Virus record (IMG/VR): IMGVR_UViG_3300020044_004401
Coordinates: 1 to 24,632 of that record
Strand: one strand, 5' to 3'
DNA length: 24,632 nt
Source of the DNA: a virus
Lineage: Duplodnaviria; Caudoviricetes
Shown one piece after another: positions 1-7,895 of this stretch (the stretch's first letter is position 1; each line of letters opens with the position of its first letter). A program made the position numbers and the translations under genes. The notes under the pieces were generated by a model. The model ran no database searches. It saw only the letters and a program-made list of their open reading frames with translations, and had not been told where the DNA came from.

Positions 1-2
1 CC

Positions 3-290
3 GCCCCCGCATTCAGTTTCAACGAACAATCTATTACCGACTTTGATGCCAGAATGGAAAAGATTGGATTTATCTATGAAGGAACTTTTGATGATTGTGT
101 TTGGATTTACAGAAAATCTAAAAGTCAATCAGTATCTATCCAAGTAGGATTTGGTGGTGTATTATCTGTAAGAGTATATGAAAGTGATTACACCGGTAAT
201 ATAATTAAAAACATCAAAATTGATTTGGGTGATACACAACACTACATAAACCTTGTTAAAAAAATTGGTAGAATTGTAGAAAATAATTAA
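3..290 (+). CDS. hypothetical protein, possibly 5'-truncated
   Basis: The frame of ORF 54..290 is open back to position 3 (APAFSFNEQSITDFDAR-MEKIG...). Ends in TAA. Confidence 0.6.
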   Translation, partial: APAFSFNEQSITDFDARMEKIGFIYEGTFDDCVWIYRKSKSQSVSIQVGFGGVLSVRVYESDYTGNIIKNIKIDLGDTQHYINLVKKIGRIVENN

Positions 291-296
291 ATTATT

Positions 297-327
297 TTTG
301 TAATGTAAAAAAAATAGCATAACTTTG
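297..327 (+). promoter_or_regulatory. Bacteroidetes-type primary-sigma promoter (-33 TTTG / -7 TAnnTTTG)
   Basis: TTTG 297-300, 19-nt spacer, TAACTTTG 320-327, intergenic upstream of ATG 360. Matches the established Bacteroides/Flavobacterium consensus. Confidence 0.75.
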
Positions 328-359
328 TAAGACACTAAACAACTATAAAAACTACGACT

Positions 360-542
360 ATGAAAAAGAACTTAAATCAAATGGTAGATTTCTTCACTAA
401 AACAGGAATGGTAAAATATCCTTCATTATGTGAAACACATAACAAACTTGTTGAAGCATACAAACAACACGGATTTTACAATCACGAAAATCCTGTGATG
501 TTGTATAAAAAGTTGATGACCCAACAAGTAGAAATAATGTAA
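360..542 (+). CDS. hypothetical protein (60 aa)
   Basis: ORF downstream of a promoter motif, A-rich leader, TAA stop. Confidence 0.65.
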   Translation: MKKNLNQMVDFFTKTGMVKYPSLCETHNKLVEAYKQHGFYNHENPVMLYKKLMTQQVEIM

Positions 543-567
543 TTCTTTACAATATAAAAAACTTTGA

Positions 568-577
568 TATATTTATA
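568..577 (+). promoter_or_regulatory. TATATTTAT motif, candidate second promoter class
   Basis: TATATTTATA just before ATG 581. The same 9-mer is intergenic at 2936 and 21561. Confidence 0.45.
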
Positions 578-580
578 GAT

Positions 581-1111
581 ATGGGAACAACAGCAATTTT
601 TAAGATTTACAACGAAGGTAAGTTCGTTATTGGTTCTTGGGTTAAATGGAATGGCGGTGTTGGAAGCAATGGAATATTCCCATACTTCCTAAAAAACTTA
701 AGCTATAATGCGGACAAGAAATCCATTTACGACATCATCAACCAATTTGTATTAAACAACAAGTTCAATAGTTTAACTGGCTTTGATAAGAAAAAACCAT
801 TTTCAAGACAGATGGAAGACAATGGTATGGCGTATGTTGATTTGTTATTTTGGGAAACATCATTAAGTGAAAATAAATTATTACAAAATGATTTATATGG
901 TGAATACACTTATGAAGTTCGTTTTACAAAAGATAGGATTAAAATAAAAGTCATCTATGGTATTCACGAAAAGATATTTGTTTTTAATTGGTTTCCAAAT
1001 ATTGATAATATCAACATAGTAATTAAGGAACTAAATGATTGGGTTAATGATATTGACTACGGATTAAACGATTGTAATTGTGGTGAAGACAATAACGAAA
1101 TAACAGAATAA
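581..1111 (+). CDS. hypothetical phage protein (176 aa)
   Basis: Long ORF in the co-directional cluster. No motif confidently recognised. Confidence 0.7.
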   Translation: MGTTAIFKIYNEGKFVIGSWVKWNGGVGSNGIFPYFLKNLSYNADKKSIYDIINQFVLNNKFNSLTGFDKKKPFSRQMEDNGMAYVDLLFWETSLSENKLLQNDLYGEYTYEVRFTKDRIKIKVIYGIHEKIFVFNWFPNIDNINIVIKELNDWVNDIDYGLNDCNCGEDNNEITE

Positions 1112-1115
1112 TATT

Positions 1116-1511
1116 ATGAGAGGTTCAAGCAAACTAACGGAACAACAAGTTCAAGAAATCAAAAGATTGTTCGCAACAACTATGTTGTGTGATGCGGACA
1201 TCGCAGAAATGTATGGTGTATCAAGACCACACATAAACGCAATTAGACACGGGAAACATTATGGTGATGTTTTGGATTATATGTTGGGTTTAACGACAAC
1301 ACATACATTGATTGGGGGTTATGACTATTCATCAGGAGTTCGTCCCGTAGAGACAAACTATGGGGTCAAATATTTGATTATACATTACATCAACCAAGAT
1401 GTATTCCACGAGTGTGGAAGTTTCTATGATAAGGTGCCAAGCTATGATACATTAAGACAACAACACGATTTATTTGTAAAAAAGTTTTTTTATTCCAATA
1501 AAAAAGCATAA
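1116..1511 (+). CDS. helix-turn-helix DNA-binding protein
   Basis: N-terminal SKLTEQQVQEIKR...DIAEMYGVSRPHINAIRHGK resembles the HTH often found at the C-terminus of phage HNH endonucleases. No HNH motif is present here. Confidence 0.65.
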   Translation: MRGSSKLTEQQVQEIKRLFATTMLCDADIAEMYGVSRPHINAIRHGKHYGDVLDYMLGLTTTHTLIGGYDYSSGVRPVETNYGVKYLIIHYINQDVFHECGSFYDKVPSYDTLRQQHDLFVKKFFYSNKKA

Positions 1512-1516
1512 CTTTG
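1509..1516 (+). promoter_or_regulatory. Bacteroidetes -7 element (TAACTTTG)
   Basis: TAACTTTG-TATCACT-ATG, part of a ~50-bp block shared with 1732-1786. Confidence 0.7.
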
Positions 1517-1523
1517 TATCACT

Positions 1524-1736
1524 ATGAAAGACAAACAATCTAAAGAAATCAAAAGAATTGAAAAAGCCGTAAATGATTACATCATCAAACACGGGGGTAA
1601 TTGTATCGTCAATTTTTCAATATCAGCATTCAACGAAGAAGGTGATGTTATTGACGACCAGTTGTGGTTGTTTGGGGACAAAGCAATCTTGAAGATTGAT
1701 AATGAATGTATGTTGGGTGAAATTGAAAAAATGTAA
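1524..1736 (+). CDS. hypothetical protein (70 aa)
   Basis: ORF starting 7 nt after a -7 element, TAA stop. Confidence 0.7.
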   Translation: MKDKQSKEIKRIEKAVNDYIIKHGGNCIVNFSISAFNEEGDVIDDQLWLFGDKAILKIDNECMLGEIEKM

Positions 1737-1768
1737 AAAAAGATTTTTTAATTCCAAAAAAAAATCCC

Positions 1769-1776
1769 TAACTTTG
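1769..1776 (+). promoter_or_regulatory. Bacteroidetes -7 element (TAACTTTG)
   Basis: TAACTTTG-TATCATT-ATG in an intergenic gap. Confidence 0.7.
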
Positions 1777-1783
1777 TATCATT

Positions 1784-1996
1784 ATGGAAGACATCAAAAA
1801 AACTGAAGAAACTTACATCGGTGTGGAATATATCCACACCCTTATGTTAAACAACGATGAAGAAAGAAACCTTTATCTTGGAATGAATGTGTATAATTCA
1901 AAGAAGGAAATACACGAAGAACTGGTTTTAATTATTCGTCCTGAAGACCACGAATACTTGTTAAACTACCTTTTGGAAAAACAAAACAAAAAATAA
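1784..1996 (+). CDS. hypothetical protein (70 aa)
   Basis: ORF starting 7 nt after a -7 element. Confidence 0.7.
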   Translation: MEDIKKTEETYIGVEYIHTLMLNNDEERNLYLGMNVYNSKKEIHEELVLIIRPEDHEYLLNYLLEKQNKK

Positions 1997-1997
1997 T

Positions 1998-2171
1998 ATG
2001 GGACAGACAAAAAGATTATTTGAAGAAATGACCTTACAGGAAATGATTATGTTTAAGTTCAACAACCAAATGGACGATGATGATTACCTGTATGAAGAAC
2101 ACAGACAACAACAAATGGAACAGGAAGAGCAAGAAAGATTGGCTTACGAAGAAATGTTAGGAGACAGATAA
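1998..2171 (+). CDS. small acidic hypothetical protein (57 aa, not in ORF track)
   Basis: Translated by hand: MGQTKRLFEEMTLQEMIMFKFNNQMDDDDYLYEEHRQQQMEQEEQERLAYEEMLGDR*. Fills the gap exactly, with TAA-T-ATG junctions on both sides. Confidence 0.7.
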   Translation: MGQTKRLFEEMTLQEMIMFKFNNQMDDDDYLYEEHRQQQMEQEEQERLAYEEMLGDR

Positions 2172-2172
2172 T

Positions 2173-2466
2173 ATGAAATTAGAAAAAATTGTAGAACTGG
2201 CGTTAAGACATAAGCCAGAAACCATAGCATCAAATGATTTGTTATGGGTTGAAGTATGTAAAGCAATGTGTAAGGCACAAAACATTAAAACACTTGATGA
2301 TTTCTTCTTAAAGATTTTAAGTGGGGATATTCCGTCATCACACACAACAGCAGCAAAACTTACAAATGTAAGAAAGAAGTATCCTGAATTAAAACCTACC
2401 AAAGAACAGATGATGTTAAAGAAGGAAGTTAAACAAAGATACATAGACGAATATAGAAACGCTTAA
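2173..2466 (+). CDS. hypothetical phage protein (97 aa)
   Basis: Coupled by TAATATG. Looks helical, with a basic C-terminal half (VRKKYPELKP). Confidence 0.7.
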   Translation: MKLEKIVELALRHKPETIASNDLLWVEVCKAMCKAQNIKTLDDFFLKILSGDIPSSHTTAAKLTNVRKKYPELKPTKEQMMLKKEVKQRYIDEYRNA

Positions 2467-2467
2467 G

Positions 2468-2599
2468 ATGAAAATACCAAGACAAAGGAAATCGGGACAT
2501 CACAGAAGAAAGGATAGAATATTCATAATCCTTCAAGCGTTGGTATGGACGATTGAATTAAACAAACAAATCAAAAGTATCAAATATTATCAAGGATAA
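2468..2599 (+). CDS. small basic hypothetical protein (43 aa, not in ORF track)
   Basis: MKIPRQRKSGHHRRKDRIFIILQALVWTIELNKQIKSIKYYQG*. Starts 1 nt after the previous stop and ends right at the next promoter. Confidence 0.5.
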   Translation: MKIPRQRKSGHHRRKDRIFIILQALVWTIELNKQIKSIKYYQG

Positions 2600-2631
2600 T
2601 TTGTTTATATCAAAAACATTTAGTATATTTG
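2600..2631 (+). promoter_or_regulatory. Bacteroidetes-type promoter (-33/-7)
   Basis: TTTG 2600-2603, 20-nt spacer, TATATTTG 2624-2631, then TATCATT-ATG. Confidence 0.75.
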
Positions 2632-2638
2632 TATCATT

Positions 2639-2857
2639 ATGGCACAGAACAAAGATAGACAAATCGCAGCACAATCAAGTTTGAAACTTGTATTAGAATG
2701 GAGCAATTCCTGTGGGAAATGCTTGGAACTTAAAGAATTGGTGGGTATTACAAATGTAATCGTGGATTATGTTGAAAATGGATATTCAGCAGAGTTGGGT
2801 AAAAGATTGGATACAATCCAAGACCATTTAGACCACAAAGGATTACCAAAGATGTAA
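2639..2857 (+). CDS. hypothetical protein (72 aa)
   Basis: Has its own promoter and a downstream terminator. Confidence 0.7.
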   Translation: MAQNKDRQIAAQSSLKLVLEWSNSCGKCLELKELVGITNVIVDYVENGYSAELGKRLDTIQDHLDHKGLPKM

Positions 2858-2880
2858 TGTGATGTTTGCTCCTATATAGA

Positions 2881-2909
2881 AAGACCCTGACATTTTGTCG
2901 GGGTTTTTT
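2881..2909 (+). terminator. rho-independent terminator
   Basis: GACCCTGACA-TTT-TGTCGGGGTT stem (G-U pairs) running into a T tract. Separates the small-gene cluster from the terminase. Confidence 0.8.
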
Positions 2910-2935
2910 GTTATATACATTTTTACAACATAAAC

Positions 2936-2945
2936 TATATTTATA
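2936..2945 (+). promoter_or_regulatory. TATATTTAT motif upstream of terminase, candidate late promoter
   Basis: Lies between the terminator and the terL start, where a promoter would be needed. Confidence 0.5.
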
Positions 2946-2974
2946 GAAATCAGGGGAATGAAACCAATTTCAGT

Positions 2975-4150
2975 ATGGAAGTCCAAGTATCAACACTTTA
3001 TTTAGATATAGACAAAGCAGTCAAGGAAGGTAAAAGACATATCTTCTTAAGGGGAAGTTCTAGAAGTGGTAAGACCTATCAAAGCATATCGTATCTTATT
3101 TTATACATTCTACAGAACCCCAACACAACAATCACAATCGTTAGGGACACACTTGTATCAATCCGTAATTCAGTTCTATTGGACTTTCAGGAAGTGATGA
3201 ACCAAATGGGTATGTATAACCCCGAGCAGTTCAACAAAAGTGAAGTGGTGTATCGTTTTGATAATGGTGGATTAGTTAGGTTCTTGGGAGCAGATGATGG
3301 TAGTGGTAAGTTAAGGGGTATGAAACAAGACATCGTATTCATCAACGAAATTACATCAGTTAGTCAAGATGCGTTTATTCAATTAGACATCAGGACAAGT
3401 AGGTTCATCATCGCAGATTACAACCCATCAGCTAGTGAAGACTGGTATGTTTATGAATTGGAAGAAAAAGAAGATGCTGAACTTATCATTAGCACATACA
3501 AAACCAATCCCTTCCTTGATGAAAGGATTGTAAAATCTATTGAAGGACTAAAGACAATAGACCCGGAAATGTATGAAGTGTATGCGCTCGGGAAACGAAT
3601 AAAACCCCGTGAAACAATCTTCATAAATTGGGAAGTGGTAAATGAAGCACCACGATATTCAAAGATGTTAGGTGTGGGAATTGACTGGGGATATTCAAAC
3701 GATGAATGTGCTTGTGTGTGGGGACTTATCAACGAACCTGATAATGTAATCTACCTGAAGGAAGTATTCTATGAAAAGGGATTGTCTAGTGATGATATAT
3801 TATTCAAGATGAAAGAAGGGGGACTACAGAAGACCTTTGAAGTCATCGCCGACAGCAGTGAGCCACGCATGATAGATGAGCTAAAGAAGGGTGGATATTC
3901 AAGAGCTCGTGGTGTTAAGAAGGAAGCGGGGTCAGTCCTGTATGGTATAACCGAAATGAAGAAATACAAACTACAGATTGACGCATCATCAACTAACTTG
4001 ATAGAAGAACTTAAGAACTATAAATGGTTCAAAGACAGGTCAGGAAACATCACCAGTAAGACAACAGGTAAAGACCACTTGATTGACGCCAGCCGTTATT
4101 TAATAACAGAAATGACCCATAAACCCAAAGTGAAATATAGCTTTATGTAA
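2975..4150 (+). CDS. terL: terminase large subunit (PBSX/XtmB-like)
   Basis: Walker A LRGSSRSGKT, Walker B-like IVFINE, motif III DYNPS, RNase H-like nuclease acids GIDWG / ADS / DHLIDA. Confidence 0.95.
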   Translation: MEVQVSTLYLDIDKAVKEGKRHIFLRGSSRSGKTYQSISYLILYILQNPNTTITIVRDTLVSIRNSVLLDFQEVMNQMGMYNPEQFNKSEVVYRFDNGGLVRFLGADDGSGKLRGMKQDIVFINEITSVSQDAFIQLDIRTSRFIIADYNPSASEDWYVYELEEKEDAELIISTYKTNPFLDERIVKSIEGLKTIDPEMYEVYALGKRIKPRETIFINWEVVNEAPRYSKMLGVGIDWGYSNDECACVWGLINEPDNVIYLKEVFYEKGLSSDDILFKMKEGGLQKTFEVIADSSEPRMIDELKKGGYSRARGVKKEAGSVLYGITEMKKYKLQIDASSTNLIEELKNYKWFKDRSGNITSKTTGKDHLIDASRYLITEMTHKPKVKYSFM

Positions 4151-4151
4151 T

Positions 4152-5366
4152 ATGATAGATTTAAGATTAGGGGACTGCTTGGAAGTCCTAAAGACATTAG
4201 AAGACAATTCAGTAGATAGTGTGGTATGCGACCCCCCGTATCACCTAACATCAACCAAAGGTGGTAATAAAGGATTTATGGGTAAAGAATGGGACGGGGG
4301 TGATATTGCCTTCAGGACTGATGTATGGAAGGAATGTTTAAGGGTGTTAAAACCTGGCGGACACTTACTAGCATTTGGTAGCTCAAGGACATACCATAGA
4401 ATAGCCGTGGCAATTGAAGATGCTGGATTTGATATACGAGACCAAATTATGTGGATATATGGTTCAGGGTTTCCAAAGTCCCATAACATCGGTAAAGCAA
4501 TTGACGCAACGATTAAAACAGGTAAGTCAAATCCCAAAGCAATAAACCAAAGTGAAATGACGAAAACTGATGGTGAAGTTGTTAAAGTAATTCAACCTAA
4601 TAACGGAATACTTGGTGATAAAAAAGAAGTGGTTAAGAATATTGGGGCTTCATTAGAAACTGATGAGGCGAAGATGTGGGAAGGTTGGGGGACTGCTCTT
4701 AAACCAGCACACGAACCAATAGTGATGGCACGAAAACCTTTAACTGAAAAGTCAGTTGCTCTAAACATATTAAAGTGGGGAACTGGTGGAATAAACATAG
4801 ATGATTGTAGAATTGATTTTGAAGACACACCAAACGCAGCAACCAACCCAAAATATAGAAAAGAAAATAATTACAAGATGCCTGAATTAGGTCAAGAAAG
4901 TAAAGGTTCAGTTAATTTTACATCAAGTAAAAATGAATATGATACATCAGGTAGATTTCCTGCGAATATAATGTTTGATGACGATACTGATGAAGATTGG
5001 AAAAGATATTTTTATTGTCCCAAAGCATCAAAGAAAGAAAAGGATTTGGGATTAGACAATATGGAATTAAAAACAGGTAGGATTGGTGCCACTTATGCTG
5101 GCAATCAAGACACAAGTAAAATCGGGGGAAATCCTGATAAACCTACATTACCAAGAAAGAACCATCACCCAACTATAAAACCCATCGCACTTATGGAATA
5201 TCTTATTAGATTGACTACCAGACCTGGTGGTATAGTTATGGATTGTTTTATGGGTTCAGGTTCAACAGGAGTAGCAGCAAAAAGAAATGGGTTTAGTTTT
5301 ATCGGTATTGAAAAAGAAGAAGAATATTTTAACATAGCACAACAAAGAATAGATTATGAAACTTAA
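4152..5366 (+). CDS. DNA N6-adenine/N4-cytosine methyltransferase (beta class)
   Basis: Catalytic DPPY near the N-terminus, HPTIKP, and SAM-binding DCFMGSGSTG at the C-terminus. Confidence 0.93.
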   Translation: MIDLRLGDCLEVLKTLEDNSVDSVVCDPPYHLTSTKGGNKGFMGKEWDGGDIAFRTDVWKECLRVLKPGGHLLAFGSSRTYHRIAVAIEDAGFDIRDQIMWIYGSGFPKSHNIGKAIDATIKTGKSNPKAINQSEMTKTDGEVVKVIQPNNGILGDKKEVVKNIGASLETDEAKMWEGWGTALKPAHEPIVMARKPLTEKSVALNILKWGTGGINIDDCRIDFEDTPNAATNPKYRKENNYKMPELGQESKGSVNFTSSKNEYDTSGRFPANIMFDDDTDEDWKRYFYCPKASKKEKDLGLDNMELKTGRIGATYAGNQDTSKIGGNPDKPTLPRKNHHPTIKPIALMEYLIRLTTRPGGIVMDCFMGSGSTGVAAKRNGFSFIGIEKEEEYFNIAQQRIDYET

Positions 5367-5520
5367 AAGAAATGGAAAACATTATGATTATCCTTACAAG
5401 ACAATATTTGTAAAAGACAATCAACATGCTGCTCTACAAAGGGTGGCAAAGAAAAACAAATTACCATTAGGTAAAATGATAATTAAATTGGTAGAACATT
5501 ATGAAAGTAGTATTGGGTAA
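5356..5520 (+). CDS. small ribbon-helix-helix-like DNA-binding protein (54 aa, not in ORF track)
   Basis: MKLKRNGKHYDYPYKTIFVKDNQHAALQRVAKKNKLPLGKMIIKLVEHYESSIG*: strand KTIFV, helix A, helix B pattern. Overlaps both neighbours. Confidence 0.55.
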   Translation: MKLKRNGKHYDYPYKTIFVKDNQHAALQRVAKKNKLPLGKMIIKLVEHYESSIG

Positions 5521-6115
5521 GAAGGAATATGGTTTATTACCAATCACCATAGAACAATACGGGTTGTTGAAAGACAACCCTGATATTAAACCTGTTGAAT
5601 TGATTACGATGATGACTGGTGCTCCTATTGAAGAAGTTAGACAAGCCCCCTTCGCTGATGTGAAGTTCGTGGCTCAATTCTTAATGACCGAATGGAACAC
5701 AACTGAAACATCACCATTAAACTTGGTTGTTGATTTCAAAGGGGTTAAATATGGATTGATTAAACCATCACAAATGTCCTATGAAGAATGGATTAACCTT
5801 GAAGTGTTTATGGCTGAAAGTCCTTTGGATTTAACCAAACTGGCAACCCACCTATACAAACCATTATCCAACGATAAGATTGGGGAAGACAGGGAACTTA
5901 TCCCTTATTCATTAGATGAATGTATGGGTCGTATGAATGACTTTAAGAACTTTCCAATTACTTGGTTCTTTTCAGCCCTTTTTTTTTTAACAACTTTCGT
6001 TCAGGAACTTACAAAAGCTTCCCTATTATCTATGGAGACGAAAGCGACAGAGAACAACAAAAAAGACAAAGCAAAGCCAAAGATACTACACCAGAAGAAG
6101 TCCAACAATCAGTAA
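5501..6115 (+). CDS. tail assembly chaperone (gpG-like, 204 aa)
   Basis: Contains the slippery run encoding ALFFL and an overlapping -1 ORF, the established lambda G/GT arrangement. Confidence 0.7.
   Translation: MKVVLGKKEYGLLPITIEQYGLLKDNPDIKPVELITMMTGAPIEEVRQAPFADVKFVAQFLMTEWNTTETSPLNLVVDFKGVKYGLIKPSQMSYEEWINLEVFMAESPLDLTKLATHLYKPLSNDKIGEDRELIPYSLDECMGRMNDFKNFPITWFFSALFFLTTFVQELTKASLLSMETKATENNKKDKAKPKILHQKKSNNQ
5983..6044 (+). other. programmed -1 frameshift signal (slippery heptamer plus stem-loop)
   Basis: In-frame T TTT TTA at 5983-5989. CTTTCGT 5994-6000 is complementary to ACGAAAG 6038-6044. Confidence 0.7.
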
Positions 6116-6276
6116 TTGATTTCTATTATCAATCACTTATGTTGTGTGCTCAAGACGACATCTTAAAGGTCAATCCCGTCCTTAAATTAGAATTGTTTGA
6201 GGTATTATCATATTTATCTTATAGGTTAGACAAAGCAAATAAAGAAAACCAAAGACACCAAAAAGCGATACAATAA
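5989..6276 (+). CDS. -1 frame extension of tail chaperone (gpT-like; fusion 5501..6276 = 258 aa)
   Basis: The -1 frame is open across the slip site to a TAA that overlaps the next ATG (TAATG). It has no good start of its own. Confidence 0.7.
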   Translation, partial: NNFRSGTYKSFPIIYGDESDREQQKRQSKAKDTTPEEVQQSVIDFYYQSLMLCAQDDILKVNPVLKLELFEVLSYLSYRLDKANKENQRHQKAIQ

Positions 6277-7892
6277 TGACTATTAAAGATATAATACAAT
6301 TATTTGGGTATTTCACAGCACAACACCCTATATTAAGAACATTCAGTTGGGGAAACTTGGCTGACTATTCAAGGGACAATTACATCACCCAATATCCAGC
6401 ATTCCATGCTGTTCCACAGCCATCGTTGGTTGAAAAGAATTATGCTGACTTCAACTTCAACATTTTAATCTATGACTTGTTGAATGAATATATTGATGGA
6501 GACCCAATCAATTCAAACCAGTTGGATAGTTTGGCTTTGACCGAAACTATCCTAAATGACTTCTACGCATTCTTTACAAATCAACTTACCCAATACGGAT
6601 ACTTCTTAACCACAAGTGTAAATTACACACCCTTCGTTGATAGGTTCAAGGAAGAAGTTTGCGGGATAGAAGCATCAATCACAATCAGGGTAGAACAGAC
6701 AGCCTGTATTCCTGACTTCGTATTACAAAATGGTTTCTTGTTATATGAAAATGGAAACACGATGACTAGTGAAGATTGTGAAGTGGTAAGTTATGCTTCC
6801 CCTTCTTGTCCTAATGAAACCATCGGTCAATTACCAATCTTTAATGATGATGTAAGTGGTGGTTGGGTAGTGTTTAACAATTCAGGTAATACAATAACAT
6901 ATAGATTAAATGTTGATACTTTAATAGGTCAATCAGGAACATCAGGAACGAGCGGAACTTCAGGTAGTAGTGGGACATCAGGACAGAACGGGACTAGTGG
7001 TAGTTCAGGAACAAGTGGCTCATCAGGGACTTCGGGTTCTAGTGGGGTTTCAGGAACTAACGGAACATCGGGTAGTTCAGGAACATCAGGTTCTTCAGGT
7101 AGTTCAGGAACAAGTGGTGTTGATGGTTCAACAGGTTCTTCAGGTAGTTCAGGGACATCAGGAAGTAGTGGGACATCGGGAAGTTCAGGGACATCAGGTT
7201 CTAGTGGAACGGACGGAGCAACAGGTTCTTCAGGAAGTAGCGGCACATCAGGAACGAGCGGAAGTTCGGGAACTAGTGGTAGTTCAGGCGCTTCGGGTAG
7301 TTCTGGAACATCAGGCTCAAGTGGGTCATCGGGAAGTTCAGGAACATCAGGTAGTAGTGGTGTGAATGGAACAAGTGGTAGTTCAGGAACAGGTTTTACT
7401 TGGCGTGGGGCATATAATGGTTCAGCGACTTATGCTATAAATGATGTTGTATCATATTTAGGAAATAGTTATATTTCTTTACAATTAAACGCACCCATAT
7501 TCCCATTTACTAACACACCACCACCGAACGCTTCATATTGGGGTTTAATGGCTCAAGCGGGAACAAACGGAACTTCAGGTAGTTCAGGAACATCAGGTAG
7601 TGGTGGTGGTGGTGGAAGTAGTGCTGTTCGTGTATTAAACCAAACATTAGCATTTACTGGTTGGACTTACAATACAGGAACAACTTACTACGATTATAGT
7701 TATTCTTATTCAGCAATCACATCAGCTTCAAGGGTAGATTTCGTCCCTTACAACACATCAGTATATATGGCAACCATTTCAAGGATACAACCATATAACG
7801 CAGTCGGTTCAGGGACATCAACATTTTATTCACAATATCCCCCATCAGCAGACATAACAGGGGACATATATATTTCATCAACAACATCATAA
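6276..7892 (+). CDS. structural protein: tail-terminator-like N-domain, Gly-X-X repeat, carbohydrate-binding-like module
   Basis: The first ~145 aa (HPILRTFSWG...YPAFH...PFVDRF) resemble tail terminator proteins of Bacteroidetes-type phages (from memory). Then ~52 G-X-X triplets, then WRGAYNGSATYAINDVVSYLGNSY...PP..SYW. Confidence 0.65.
   Translation: MTIKDIIQLFGYFTAQHPILRTFSWGNLADYSRDNYITQYPAFHAVPQPSLVEKNYADFNFNILIYDLLNEYIDGDPINSNQLDSLALTETILNDFYAFFTNQLTQYGYFLTTSVNYTPFVDRFKEEVCGIEASITIRVEQTACIPDFVLQNGFLLYENGNTMTSEDCEVVSYASPSCPNETIGQLPIFNDDVSGGWVVFNNSGNTITYRLNVDTLIGQSGTSGTSGTSGSSGTSGQNGTSGSSGTSGSSGTSGSSGVSGTNGTSGSSGTSGSSGSSGTSGVDGSTGSSGSSGTSGSSGTSGSSGTSGSSGTDGATGSSGSSGTSGTSGSSGTSGSSGASGSSGTSGSSGSSGSSGTSGSSGVNGTSGSSGTGFTWRGAYNGSATYAINDVVSYLGNSYISLQLNAPIFPFTNTPPPNASYWGLMAQAGTNGTSGSSGTSGSGGGGGSSAVRVLNQTLAFTGWTYNTGTTYYDYSYSYSAITSASRVDFVPYNTSVYMATISRIQPYNAVGSGTSTFYSQYPPSADITGDIYISSTTS
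6927..7394 (+). repeat. coding 9-bp-period repeat (GTS/GSS triplets)
   Basis: About 52 uninterrupted Gly-X-X triplets with varied synonymous codons. A short second block lies near 7560-7620. Confidence 0.95.
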
Positions 7893-7895
7893 ATT

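Noticed and set aside
1116-1511. HNH homing endonuclease
   Set aside because: Only the HTH part is recognisable, with no HNH catalytic motif.
2938-2945. T4 late promoter TATAAATA on the minus strand
   Set aside because: No minus-strand gene lies downstream. The motif is better explained as a + strand element.
6927-7394. Possible CRISPR array or satellite
   Set aside because: 9-bp coding periodicity with synonymous variation and no repeat-spacer structure.
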